Positions 8,365-19,089 of a DNA stretch of 64,000 nt are shown here, one piece after another. The translations under genes and the position numbers were made by a program. The notes beneath the pieces are model-generated. The model did no database searches, was not told where the DNA came from, and saw only the letters and a list, made by a program, of their open reading frames with translations. The stretch spans positions 1,952,001-2,016,000 of the forward strand of contig CAVWVQ010000003.1 in NCBI GenBank assembly GCA_963758525.1, given 5' to 3'. Positions within the stretch are counted from its first letter, which is position 1; every line of letters starts with the position of its first letter. The DNA comes from an uncultured Phycisphaerales bacterium (GTDB taxonomy: Bacteria; Planctomycetota; Phycisphaerae; Tepidisphaerales; Tepidisphaeraceae).

Positions 8365-11130
8365 CGCAGATGCTCCGTGAATCGATGGAGTAATTCGTCC
8401 AGATGCCGCGGGTCATACGACGTATCGCTGCCGTGGAAGCAGCGAGGTCCGTACACGCGGCCATCGGAAGACCAGGCAGCCAACGCTCCGTCGTTGTGCA
8501 GCACCAGTGTGATCTCCGGCACGTTGCGGTTGGCACTTTTCAAATGGAGCAGTCCGCGCGAATCGAGAAACGCCTGGCTGCCGTCGCTCCACGACGCCGC
8601 GCGCAGGTGAAATCCGGTCCCGGGCGGGCCGTCCAGGCGGTCAAACTGGCGAATCGCTCCATCACCGTCTGTCACCCGGTATCCCGAGTGGACCAGCCGC
8701 AGATCCGAACCGCACAGCTTGATTTCCAGTAGTTGTGTCGTCCCCGAGCGGAGCAAGAGATTGCCATCAGTACCGACAAGGATCGCCGAGAAATACTTGC
8801 GAAGAGATTGTGAAGGCGCAGCATATCTGCCGGTGCCGTCGAGCACTTTTCTGAGCTTCGCGGTGGTGGCAACCCACTTCGTCGACTCCGGCTCCAACTC
8901 CAGGTAGTAGTGCGTCGGTATTTTCCCAAGCGTTTTGCCAACAATTGCGCGCGCGTCTGATGTAATTCCTTCGAAGACGAGCGTGTGATCAATGCCCGGC
9001 CGTACCACTTGCGGGCTCGATGAAACGGTCCGAATTTCGCCATCGGATGCCATGAGCAGCGGGCCGTCAAATCCGATCATTTCGAAGATGGGGGCCGACC
9101 ATGGAAGTTTGGTTGGAATTTGCTCCAGCGTCAGTTTCCCGGCGTTGAGCGACAGCAGCGTGCGGGAACCGGGACTGGCAAAGAGACGGCCGCGAAGCCA
9201 TCGATGCGATGAAATATCCAATATCGCAAGCGGTTCTGCCGAATGCAGGTTGTAAGCGCGAGCAGTCTTTCGACCGATGACGAAAATCGTGTCCTCCCGC
9301 ATCGTCACGGCGCGCGGCACCTCATCGATCCCCGCCAGTTGGATGGTTGTCTGATCCGCAGTGTCTAAACCCACCACGCACAAAGTGCATGACGGCGCGC
9401 CGGCCCGCGTCGACGATGTGAACACGGATGCGAGCGCCTTGTTGTCTGTGGTAAATCGAAACAGGTCGAGCCGTCCCGTCGGCATGCGATCGCTGAGAAT
9501 GCGCGCTGCAAGCTGGGAATTGCCCCACTGCAACAACTGCCGGTCGCGCGTGAGGGCAGCCCTCTCCCCCAGACCATTTGAAACGATCTGCCGAGGCCGT
9601 GCGCCGGGCGGAAGCAGCAGCGGAAATGGATGCATGCTGAGAATCACCGGAAGGTGAGCGGACCGGTGCACGAGAGGCGGCTGGGCGCGGCGGGGAGCCC
9701 TTGGGGGCGGATTGAGAAGCTTTTCGATATCCAGCCTCGCCTGTCGAAGCAGCGATTTCCCCGCGGACGTGAGCGACCAGAGGCGAAACGTGCCGTCGCG
9801 CGCGACGGTGGCGGCATACCCTTTGAAGCGGTCAAGCTTTTGCAGCGCATTGCGAAGTTCCGGATCGTCCAACACGTCTTCCTGCGTGATCAAAAATGCT
9901 TCCGACAGATCGGCCGCTGTTGATACCTGCGCGAGAAACGCCGGCAGCGCCTGGCCGAAATGCGGCTGTGTTTCCAGCGACTCAAGATGCGCCACAAGAC
10001 CCTCGCGGGTGGTGAGGTCCACCGGAACAACCTCACTGCCCTGGGGCCGAAAGCTGCTCAGTTCACCTTGCACGTCGCCGGTGGCGGCCAGCGCCAGAGC
10101 GACGGCGGCGGCATAAATGCGGGGGACGCCCCACGTGCGAATCCCCGTGTCAATCAGCAGCACGCGACGATGCGGCGGCTCGCGGGGTGGCGACTCGCGC
10201 TGCAGATACAGCGCCTCGTTCACCGCCACGCGCACCGCCAGCGTCAGATCATCATGCGCCAGTTCACTGAGCAGAAGACGGTCCAGTTGCCCCCGGTTGG
10301 ACAAATCCGATACGCCGCCGGTGGGCAATTGCTCGTGACGGTGCAGCGACCTGGGCACATGGACGGCGGCCAGCAGGTTGCGCAAGGCGGGAAAGGCCCC
10401 CAAGCTCGGGATCATCTGCCAGATCGGCCAACAGATGATGGACCCGTTTGGCGGGACCGAGATCTTCGTCAGGCGGCCGAAGCTCCCGATCCAGTCCGGT
10501 GCGCAGCCGGAGGAGCAATCGGTCGGCATCGATTTCGTTGAGTCCCTTTTGCAATGCGTCGATGCTGTCGACCAATTCGCGGATCGCTGTGTTCGGCGGC
10601 CGAGCCAGCGCAAATGTGGCGGGATCGGCGCCCGATCGCAGCTCGACAATGACCTGCTCTGCGACGTCGCGCGACGTCGAGCGATCGCTTGCGTCGAAGA
10701 CCGCCTCGGCCAACACTGTCTTGGCCGCCAGCGGATGGCGAAGTTCCGGTGTCAGCGTGGCGACGCGATCAAGCCCCGCGATGAGCGTGGCGGTATCCCC
10801 TTCAAGGCGATGACCGATTGCGCGAAGCGTCACGCCCGCGGCACTGGTGGAATCGCTGCCCCCGGGGAGGCAAATGTCCTGCGCATGCAACAACAGTTTG
10901 CGGCTTGACGCGTTCCACCCGTCGCGTGTTGCCGCCAGCAGCAGCACGATCGCCGCAAACGGCGGCAAGCCGCGGGGCGCCAGCCGCTCGACGACGGCAA
11001 GCAGTTCCTGCCGGAAGGCGATCGTTTCACCGCTCGTCCACGCGACTCTGCTGCCGTTGTCGTCCCACGTCCACATCGATCGATGCGGCGGCAACAGATA
11101 GGCGACTGCCGCCGCGCGATGGTCGATCAT
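8361..11130 (-). CDS. bpX0/vWA/bpX1-type component of the ternary system, frameshift near 10385
   Basis: ORFs 10264..11130 and 8361..10649 join (DDPELGGLSRLA|RNLLAAVHVPR) if one GC is restored. Contains GGVSDLSNRGQLDRLLLSELA...NEALY..RESPP and the vWA strand LLIDTGIRTWG. Confidence 0.8.
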
Positions 11131-11863
11131 GGTGCACCTGCCGTTTCGGCAAACGATGCGAACGACCGGCGCGCGCGCTGCGCGAAGCAGGGATCACGCT
11201 CTCTGCCGGGATCCGCTCGTAGCTGCCATCCATCGCGAATAATGCGAGATCTCCCGGCGAAAGTCTCATGCAGCGCCGGACAATTTCGGATTCGACGCGC
11301 GGCGCCCAGCCGTAGCCGCAAGGCAGCAGCAGCCCATGGCGGTCGCAGTAATACAGGCCCCGCAGGGACGGCGAGGGAGATCCGAGGATCAACGCCCGCT
11401 GGTCGCCGCTCACGGCGAATCGCAGTTGTTCCAAGCGGACTCGTGCCGCGACATCGGCATAATCCACCCACTCTCGAAGCGAAATGACCACCGCTGAGGG
11501 GGATTCTTCCTGTTGCATCCGCACCAGACGCAATGGCGCTGATGGCCCTGCGCGCGCAGGCATCGCGGCAGGTTGCGGGCAGAACCGCACGACCGACGAA
11601 AAAGGCGACCACGGTCCATCAGGCAGCCTGCCTTCGGGAATGCGCCGGCCGACCCGCGTGATCGTCCCGCCGTCGTCAGCGGCGTAACGCACAGCGTCGG
11701 GAATGCAGCGCAGAATCCGGTCGATCTCTTCGGCGCGGCCCCCGTTGCTTTTGAGCCAGACATGATCCCCCGCGTCGCACGCTTCGACGCTGTCCCGCAG
11801 ACGAAGCGCCAGTGCCGCGTGCATCGACGAGCGAGGAAATCGGACTGCCCAGCGATCGCTCAC
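11127..11863 (-). CDS. bpX2-like protein of the ternary system, probable frameshift near 11175
   Basis: GTG at 11863 overlaps the MoxR stop (GTGA). Contains RLEQLRFAVS...ALILGSPSPSLRG...LLLPCGYGWAP. The alternative frame stops at 11127, overlapping the next ATG (ATGA). Confidence 0.7.
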
Positions 11864-13047
11864 GCCGAACCTCCCTCCAGCGGGATCGTCTTCCACAGTG
11901 AATCCACGCGCTGCTGAAGAAACTGCCGCTGCTTCTCGTCCGCCACCCACTGCACCCGGCTGGCCAGCAGCGCCAGCCGATCCTTCAACATCGCATGCTG
12001 CGCCGCCGGAATCTGAGCATCCTTCAGACGAAGATCGATGGCATCCAGATCGCGGGCCAGTTCCTCCGCGTCCGGCAACGTATTGCTGGATCGCGGATGG
12101 TCCTGCGGGTTGGGAACGGCTTCGCGCAGCGCCTCCTGCACCAGCGCCGTCAATACTTCCTGCTGCTCCAGCGTATCCCACACGTGCCGGAAGACCCACA
12201 AGTCAGAAAGAATCGCCCGCGTTCGTCCCGAGAGAAGAGCGCTGGCAGCGACAAGCCGCTGCATCTTCACGGCCCGCCGATCCGAGAACGGCAGCCCCGC
12301 GTTCCGCAGACGGTGCACGAGGCTCGACAGCGGAACTGTTGTCGCTGAGAGATCGACGTCAATCAGCGACCGGTTCAGCCGGCGGATATCTTCCACATCG
12401 AAGGGCGGCGCTTGTCCTTCCCCGTTGCCGGCCTTTTGATCGAGTTTCCAGCCCGCATGCAATACGTCTATCAGTCGATCATCCGGAACGTTCTCACACG
12501 TTGCGCGAATCAGGAACCGGTCAAACAGCGCGCCCAGCGCGTCATCCTCCGGCAAGCGGTTGCTGGCGGCAAAGACCGCAAGCGTCGGCAGCGGACGGGT
12601 TTCGCGGCCGCGCCGGAAAATGCGCTCGTTCAGCACCATCAACAGGCTGTTGAGAATCGCGCTGTTGGCGTTGAGCAGTTCGTCGAGGAATACCAGCGAC
12701 GCCTCGGGAAGCATCCCTTCGGTGTTGGTCACCAGATCCCCTTCGCGCAGCCGGCGAATGTCGAAGGGGCCGAACAATTCGTTGGGCTCGGTAAAGCGCG
12801 TCAGCAAATATTCGAATGTCCGCCCTCCGATGCGGCGGCCGAGTTCGTAGATCAGCGCGCTCTTTGCCGTGCCGGGCGGCCCCAGCAGGAAAAGATTCTC
12901 GCCGGCGGTCAGTGCGATGCCGATCAAATCGACGATCTCGTCTTTTCCGACGAAGGACCTCTTCAGCGGATCAAGCACGTCGGTGACGAGCCGTCGGCCC
13001 AGCGACGTGGCGTCTGGTTCAACTTGTCCGGAAGGCAATGTCTCCAT
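11860..13047 (-). CDS. MoxR-family AAA+ ATPase (RavA-like)
   Basis: Walker A GPPGTAKS, YLLTRFTEPNELFGP, Walker B FLDE, ASN, LFDRF and SDRR motifs. Confidence 0.95.
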   Translation of the reverse strand: METLPSGQVEPDATSLGRRLVTDVLDPLKRSFVGKDEIVDLIGIALTAGENLFLLGPPGTAKSALIYELGRRIGGRTFEYLLTRFTEPNELFGPFDIRRLREGDLVTNTEGMLPEASLVFLDELLNANSAILNSLLMVLNERIFRRGRETRPLPTLAVFAASNRLPEDDALGALFDRFLIRATCENVPDDRLIDVLHAGWKLDQKAGNGEGQAPPFDVEDIRRLNRSLIDVDLSATTVPLSSLVHRLRNAGLPFSDRRAVKMQRLVAASALLSGRTRAILSDLWVFRHVWDTLEQQEVLTALVQEALREAVPNPQDHPRSSNTLPDAEELARDLDAIDLRLKDAQIPAAQHAMLKDRLALLASRVQWVADEKQRQFLQQRVDSLWKTIPLEGGSA

Positions 13048-13772
13048 CAGGTCTGCTCCTCTATGCCCTTCATTGCTTCGCTGATCGCCGGCGCCAGCGA
13101 AGGATAGGCGCCCAGAGCAACCCGCACCGCTTCCCGAACCGTTGGCGGCTGCAAGCGCGTGGTGTCGCTTCGTTCGATGATCCGATCAACATACAACCGG
13201 CAGAGGCTCGGGTTCGAAAGAATCGGATCGAGATCGTCGGGTGCACACGTCACTCCGCTCATCCCCACGGACGAGAGCGGCCAGTGCTCTGCCATGCGCT
13301 GCAGTTGATCAACCAGCGGATCGCGCTCGCCGACGCCCCTGGCCAGACGGGTGATGTCAGGCAGATAGCGCAGAAACAGATCCGCCGAGTAGGCGCGCTC
13401 CGCTGGTGACGCGGCCGGGCAGGACGCTTCGAGCGCCTCGGAGCCGAAAGTCGCAGTGCCAACGGAGGAAGGAAGAACCGCCGGGCCCGCCACAGACGTT
13501 GCCGCCGCAATCGTTTCCGCGTCGAATTCGCGATAGACCAGAAATCGGCACGCCTTTTCGATGAACGAGAGCGCCCAGGCCGCCGTCGCGATCGACAGCC
13601 TCGGCGGAGTATGCGGCAGTTCCAACCTCTCCGCGGCATCCAGTTCCCGGATCGCCGCTTCCAGCTCTGCCGGAACTGCCGCTTCATCGCTGGGGGCGAG
13701 CGGGACAACCACCCGGCCCGTCTTCACAAGATCATGCAGAAAAGAGATCATATGATTCCCCGGGTGCTTCAT
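13047..13772 (-). CDS. bpX4-like protein of the ternary system
   Basis: 241 aa with SADLFLRYLPD...DPLV...WPLSSVG...LYVDRII; first gene of the operon, and its stop overlaps the MoxR start. Confidence 0.75.
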   Translation of the reverse strand: MKHPGNHMISFLHDLVKTGRVVVPLAPSDEAAVPAELEAAIRELDAAERLELPHTPPRLSIATAAWALSFIEKACRFLVYREFDAETIAAATSVAGPAVLPSSVGTATFGSEALEASCPAASPAERAYSADLFLRYLPDITRLARGVGERDPLVDQLQRMAEHWPLSSVGMSGVTCAPDDLDPILSNPSLCRLYVDRIIERSDTTRLQPPTVREAVRVALGAYPSLAPAISEAMKGIEEQT

Positions 13773-13880
13773 AAATCATCGTGTGAGCGAGGGTCGGCGC
13801 GGGTAAACGCTGCCCTACGGGTCAGCCGCTAAAAGATCTTGGGAAACATGCAGCCGCGCATGGAGATGCAGAACTTCGCT

Positions 13881-14588
13881 TTACGCGATTGTCGCTTCTG
13901 ACTGATACACCGCGGGGTCATGCACGCCGTTCGCCGCGAATCCCTTCAGTCGCAGCAGGCACGCATCGCACCGGCCGCACGCTTCGCCACGCGGCGATGG
14001 GTCGTAGCACGATGTGGTCATGGCAAAGTTCACTCCAAGCTCGAGGCCGCGCTTGACGATCTGAGCCTTGTTCAAATGCATCAACGGCGCATGAATCCGA
14101 AGTTGTTGCGCGCCTTCGACGCCCGCCTTGGTAGCGAGATTCGCCATTCGTTGGTACGCCTCGATATATTCCGGGCGGCAATCGGGATATCCGCTGTAAT
14201 CCAGGGCATTGACTCCAATGAACACGTCCGACGCCCCGAGCACTTCGGCCCACGCCAGCGCAAACGACAGGAAGATGGTGTTTCGAGCCGGCACGTACGT
14301 CACCGGAATCCCCTGCTCCATCTCCGCAACCGCGCGGTCTTTCGGAACGGCGATATCGCTGGTCAGAGCTGATCCGCCAAACAAGCGAAGATCGATGTCA
14401 ACGAACACGTGCTTCATCACGCTCAAGGCCGCAGCCACACGTTTCGCGTAATCGAGTTCCACTGCATGGCGCTGACCGTATCGGAACGACATGGCGTACA
14501 CATCGAAACCCTCGCTCCTGGCGATCGCCAGCGAGGTGGTTGAATCCAGTCCCCCGCTGAGGAGGACAACGGCAGGACGATTGCTCAT
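13881..14588 (-). CDS. queC: 7-cyano-7-deazaguanine synthase
   Basis: [42 protein letters not shown] and SCY...CGRCDAC; start placed at MSNRPAVV. Confidence 0.97.
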   Translation of the reverse strand: MSNRPAVVLLSGGLDSTTSLAIARSEGFDVYAMSFRYGQRHAVELDYAKRVAAALSVMKHVFVDIDLRLFGGSALTSDIAVPKDRAVAEMEQGIPVTYVPARNTIFLSFALAWAEVLGASDVFIGVNALDYSGYPDCRPEYIEAYQRMANLATKAGVEGAQQLRIHAPLMHLNKAQIVKRGLELGVNFAMTTSCYDPSPRGEACGRCDACLLRLKGFAANGVHDPAVYQSEATIA

Positions 14589-14764
14589 GTCGACTTCTCT
14601 TTCACTTTGAACAGTTTCGAATTGTAGCTTCCACGCCGTTTCGCAAAAGCGCATCTCGACACACGCGTTAATTGGACGTCTAAACACGCACCCGCCAAAT
14701 CACCGCTCTAATCCCTGTTTTTTGACTGAATCTCCGCCATCGGCTATCGTCTCCGCGCATTCCT

Positions 14765-14851
14765 GGAGGCGTGGCAGAGTGGTTGAATGCGCCGGTTTCG
14801 AAAACCGGTCGGCCCGCAAGGGTCGCGAGGGTTCGAATCCTTCCGCCTCCG
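14765..14851 (+). tRNA. tRNA-Ser (anticodon CGA)
   Basis: Acceptor stem GGAGGCG/CGCCTCC, D-arm TGGCAGAGTGG, anticodon arm CCGGT-TTCGAAA-ACCGG, long variable arm GGCCCGCAAGGGTC, T-loop GTTCGAATC; no encoded CCA. Confidence 0.97.
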
Positions 14852-15078
14852 TTGAGCACAACCGGAACATCCGATTGCGCCGGGTTCGACTCGAAAAGGC
14901 CCGCCAGATGCCCATACCAGGGAAGCAAAGGCAGCTTCGGCACAAGACCCATTCGATTGGCAATGCGGACGGTGTTTGGCGCCACGTGGTTGTACATTGC
15001 CGCAAAGGATCGCCGCGCAGTGCGCAGACTCGCGTAGATGCAGACCGCGCGATTTGGCGTCGCAGCCGAATCAAGTGG

Positions 15079-16233
15079 TTGATCGGCAGGCGCGGCGTCA
15101 AGCGATCATCGCTGGCCTGGACGCTTCCGGTTCTGATTGCCGCGTTGGCGCCGGTTGCGTTCTGCGCCGATCCCCCGCCGACGTTGCCATCAACGCAGCC
15201 CGCGGGCAACCTCGCTTGGTCCAACTCCGACACTGACACCACCCCAGCAGGCAAAGTTGCGTTTCACGGCCCGTTTTCCAACGAAACGATCAACATCACG
15301 CTCGACCAGCTTCCGCCGCACGAATACCTGGAGATTTCATTCGATTTCCTTGCGATCCGCACGCTCGACGGAAGCGTGCCGATGACGAACAACAGGCCGG
15401 TTGCTCTTGGCCCGGATTTCTTTCGACTGGGAATCTTCCAGGGACCCACGCTCTTCTACACCACCTTCAGCAACCGCCCCGACGATCCGGGGTTCGAAGA
15501 ACGTTCCAAATACCAAAATTACCCCAGCCAAGTCCCGGGGGATCATCTGCTTCCACAAACCGGTGCCCGCGAGAAAAACACGCTCGGGTACCTCTACCCG
15601 TGGCCTGGCGCGCCTAAGCCGTTTCCCTGTGATGCGACCTATCAGATCGACTTCACCATCCCGCACAGCGACTCGAAGGCGGTGGTTCAGCTTACGGGAA
15701 TGAATCTTCAGAATATCGTCGATGAGAGCTGGGGTGTCGCCAACTTCAAAGTGCGGACGTTGTCTGCCGACGAAGTCAGGCACTCCAGCACCGAAGCAAT
15801 CGCCGCCGCGTTCGCCGATTCCCTGAAAGGGGACTCCGACAACTTGCCGGGCGATTTTCAAACACTCATCCTGGGAATGGACGCCACCGCGGACTGGATC
15901 AAGGCCAATGTGGCGCCGCTGCCGATCGATGCGCAGAACGCCGAGCAGCTTGTTGCGGATCTGGCGGCAGACGACACGGAAATCGCCCGGCGCGAGTCGG
16001 CCGCCACCGCCCTGGCGGGCGTCGGGCCGGAGATGGAGCCTTACCTCCGCGACGTTCGCAACGTCGCCGTCGGCACTTTCCGTCAACGCGTCGATTGGCT
16101 GCTGCAATCCATCAGCGACACGGAGATTTTCGATGAGCGGTTGCGGCGCGTGATGCTCGCCACCCGCGTCCTGGAGATCATCGGCACTCCGCACGCGCGA
16201 GAAGTTCGCCGGCAGTTGACTCAGCAGGAGTAG
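15079..16233 (+). CDS. Secreted hypothetical protein: beta-sandwich/lectin-like region + C-terminal HEAT-like helices (start uncertain)
   Basis: 3' part of ORF 14722..16233, whose 5' part overlaps the tRNA and is unlikely to be coding. Signal-peptide-like LAWTLPVLIAALAPVAFCA, GPFSNETINITL...DESWGVAN and LVADLAADD...RESAATAL. Confidence 0.7.
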   Translation: MIGRRGVKRSSLAWTLPVLIAALAPVAFCADPPPTLPSTQPAGNLAWSNSDTDTTPAGKVAFHGPFSNETINITLDQLPPHEYLEISFDFLAIRTLDGSVPMTNNRPVALGPDFFRLGIFQGPTLFYTTFSNRPDDPGFEERSKYQNYPSQVPGDHLLPQTGAREKNTLGYLYPWPGAPKPFPCDATYQIDFTIPHSDSKAVVQLTGMNLQNIVDESWGVANFKVRTLSADEVRHSSTEAIAAAFADSLKGDSDNLPGDFQTLILGMDATADWIKANVAPLPIDAQNAEQLVADLAADDTEIARRESAATALAGVGPEMEPYLRDVRNVAVGTFRQRVDWLLQSISDTEIFDERLRRVMLATRVLEIIGTPHAREVRRQLTQQE

Positions 16234-16267
16234 CTGACTGTCGCTGTTTGTGATTTCTTTTTTTGTA

Positions 16268-16293
16268 GCCACAGCCGAGACGGCCGTGCTACG
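16268..16293. repeat. GTAG-type REP unit, family B
   Basis: Reverse complement CGTAGCACGGCCGTCTCGGCTGTGGC matches the arms of the 50209-50265 doublet; lies between convergent genes. Confidence 0.75.
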
Positions 16294-16367
16294 TGATGCG
16301 TCACCTGCAGTCGCGAAACTGATCAGGTCATGCGTGCGCGAGCACTTAGCCCGGATTATTCACGTGA

Positions 16368-17666
16368 CTACTGTTGCGGCGGCCCCTTTCGCAGTGCCGC
16401 GACGAGCTTTTCCGCGCGCCAGACGATCTCCAGATCCTTGTTTTTGGACGCCTGCTGCAGCTTGGGGATCGCGGCGGCGCCCAACTTCAGCAGCGCGTTG
16501 TAGGCCTCCTCGCGCTTCGACCAGGCGGGATCGCCCAATTGGACGATCAGATCGTCCATCTCGCTCCCCATCGCCGGGTCCGCATTCTTGATGATCACGA
16601 TCCCCAGCCGCGCGATTTTGCCTGGCTCCGGCACGACCTCCAGCGGGAGCAGTTGGTCATACTCAGCGTCAGCCATCAGATAAACCACTGTCAGTCGCCG
16701 CGCGTCAAACGCCTCGCTGGCGATGATTTTCGCGATCACCTTGCAGTCGCCATCTGACACGGCGGCCTGCTTCAGCGCCGGCGTCCAGTCTGCCGCAAGA
16801 TCCGCCGCCGGCGCCGGCGCTGATTGAATAAGCTGAGGCGCCACTGCAACCGCGGGCGACGTGGTGGCCGGTTGTGTCGTCACAGAAGGCTCCGTCGTCG
16901 CTTGCATCGTCGCGGCTGCCACGCTCGGCCGGGTTGCTCCCGCCGTCATGGTCGCTGGCTGAGTCGCGGCGGGTTGCGTAGTCGCCTTCTGCTCAGTCTT
17001 CACCGGCGCCATATCCCCCAGCGTCGTGCGGCGCCACATCCGATTTTCGGGCTGATAGAAGCTGAGGTTGCGCAACGTCGTATTGCTGACGTTTTTCACC
17101 ACGATCGAGTGGTCCTCGCCCCTGGTCACTTTCACCGGGCAAACGTAAGGCATATCGACGTCAAAGAGCAGAAATTTCTCGGCCGACCCCTCGGTTGGCG
17201 TGAGATCATCGGATTCCGTTTCTCGCAATGACGTGAACCAATGCGCGGGACTCACCGCCTGCAGGATGCTTGTGCCCGGACTGTCGCTCAACGTCAAATC
17301 GCGCCAAAGCAGTTGCGACGATCGCATTTGCGCCTTCGGCCAGCACGCGAGAAACTTCCCGCCGTTCATTTGCAGCCTGACATCCACCTTCGAATCGGCC
17401 CGGCCGGTCAAGCGAATGACTCCCGTTGGAGACGGGGCATTCTGCGCGTCCGCCGGCGACGCTTGCCGCCGCGAATCCACAAACTCGGGAAGCGTCGATG
17501 TCACCAGGCCGTCGGGATTCAGCCGGTTCTGCGACGCATCGAGCACGAAGACCGACCACTCATGCAATTCGAAACCCGCTGCCGCGGGTTGGGTGGTCTG
17601 GGCTCGCGCGGCGGCAGATTGCCACGCGAGCAAGATCACGACAATCGATCGAAAAGGAGTTCTCAT
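16368..17666 (-). CDS. Secreted hypothetical protein with ATQP linker and C-terminal HEAT-like module
   Basis: 432 aa, signal peptide, FELHEW...LPEFV N-terminus, DDLIVQLGDPAWSKREEAYNALLKLG; last gene of the operon. Confidence 0.8.
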   Translation of the reverse strand: MRTPFRSIVVILLAWQSAAARAQTTQPAAAGFELHEWSVFVLDASQNRLNPDGLVTSTLPEFVDSRRQASPADAQNAPSPTGVIRLTGRADSKVDVRLQMNGGKFLACWPKAQMRSSQLLWRDLTLSDSPGTSILQAVSPAHWFTSLRETESDDLTPTEGSAEKFLLFDVDMPYVCPVKVTRGEDHSIVVKNVSNTTLRNLSFYQPENRMWRRTTLGDMAPVKTEQKATTQPAATQPATMTAGATRPSVAAATMQATTEPSVTTQPATTSPAVAVAPQLIQSAPAPAADLAADWTPALKQAAVSDGDCKVIAKIIASEAFDARRLTVVYLMADAEYDQLLPLEVVPEPGKIARLGIVIIKNADPAMGSEMDDLIVQLGDPAWSKREEAYNALLKLGAAAIPKLQQASKNKDLEIVWRAEKLVAALRKGPPQQ

Positions 17667-19089
17667 TGCGGCGCCTTGCGCGGAGCAGCCGTGCGTTCGC
17701 CCAGATCACGCGATCGCCCGCATCCTGACCTTTGCCAAAATCCACTTCCAGCGTCAGCGCCTGCATCCCGGTTACGTCGACGTCGATCTGGATCGGCTTC
17801 TGGTCGCCACGGGCTTCGGGGTTTTCATAAAGCGTCTTCCCATCGCCCAGCACCCGCGCAGACACGCTTCCGGTCTTCCCTTGCGGATCTTCGAATCCGA
17901 GGGTTGTCTGGAAGCGGTCAAAATTCCGCTGGATGTCGAATTGCAACAGACAGCGGGAATGGACCGCGATTCCCCTGGCATAGGTCCCGTCAGAGAGCTT
18001 CAGCGGGCCGCCCTCCAGCGAGCGATCGACTCGGAACGGAATCACCCTTCCGAAAAACGGCGTCTGTTCCACCTTCACCGGCTTGAGGTCGGAAAGATAC
18101 TCGATGCGTCCGCCGAGAAAGTCGATGGAGTTCACTTGATTCACGGGAAGTTTGATCGTGGCCCCCCAGGCGGAACGGACCGTGAGAGCTTTTCTGTCCA
18201 TGCCCGTCCACGCGCCAGTCATCACATCACCCGAACTGAGCCGCATCGCCTGGCGGAATGACTCGCTCTGCCCGGCGGTCGTCCCGCTGGCAAAGACAAT
18301 TCCCACCAGACGGGCCAACGCAATCTTTCGCTCCTCGTCTCCCATGCGGAAACGCAGCGCGTCCCCGGCGACACCAATCGCCGATCCCTTCACGGTGACC
18401 ACGTTGCCAGCTTTCTCCACAAACACAACATCATAGGCCCCGGCGTCGATTTTCATCGCGGCGGCCTTCTTCAATAGCGCGTCCGCGCCGCACCATAGTT
18501 CGAGGAGTTGATTGCCCGGAACCTCGAGCATCTGCCCTGGTGACGCGTCCAGATTCATCGTCAGCTTTTGTTCCGCCCATTGACTGAGATGGCCGTGCAG
18601 GGCGTCGCCGCTCTTGAGCATCATCAACCAGTCAATGGCCGACGCCGGACGCGATGTGGCCTGTGGCGGCGCTTCCGCAGCCGCGGGTGATGGTGTCACC
18701 GTCTGCTCCGGCTGCTCCGACGCATCTGAATCGGAGGGAGACGAGCCGCCGAAGATCGACCCCAGCGTTCCGAGAATGCTCTGCTGCCCTTCCGACGCCG
18801 GGTGCTGGGCTGCCCGCGCCGATGGTTCGCGCAGCACCACCTGCGCGATATCCGTCAGATCGATGGACATGCGCGTGGCCGGCTGCGTTGTTCCCCTGCG
18901 GTTGACGGTGAGCTTCCCGTCGGCCAGCGATATCAAATCGCCGCGGACGGTGGTCTGATCGATTAAGCGCACGGTCGCGGCGCCCAAAGACGCGCTTTGC
19001 GCCCACAAACAGATCATGCCCGCAATGAGGATTCGAACGATCGGCGTTTTCATGAAGGCTGATGAGTCTGAAAGGAGGCCCGATTTCAA
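17663..19089 (-). CDS. NPCBM/NEW2 carbohydrate-binding domain protein, probable frameshift at the extreme 3' end
   Basis: YLSDLKP...VDRSLEGGPL...YARGIAVHSRC...VLGDGKTL...DRVIWANARL is an NPCBM signature. A 1-nt correction gives an ATGA overlap at 17663-17666. Confidence 0.85.

Noticed and set aside
13881..14588. queC as part of a Dpd/QatC-type defence system with the bpX operon
   Set aside because: The sequence is a canonical-length housekeeping QueC, separated from the operon by ~108 bp, with no dpd or qat partner genes.
14589..14760. preQ1 riboswitch upstream of queC
   Set aside because: No recognisable preQ1 stem-loop plus A-rich tail on the minus strand; the region looks like a divergent promoter region shared with the tRNA.
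14765..14851. tRNA-Ser as an island or prophage integration site
   Set aside because: No integrase nearby, and I found no duplicate of the tRNA 3' end in the window by eye.
14722..15078. 5' extension of the 503-aa ORF
   Set aside because: It overlaps the tRNA gene; the signal-peptide-like segment begins only near 15100.
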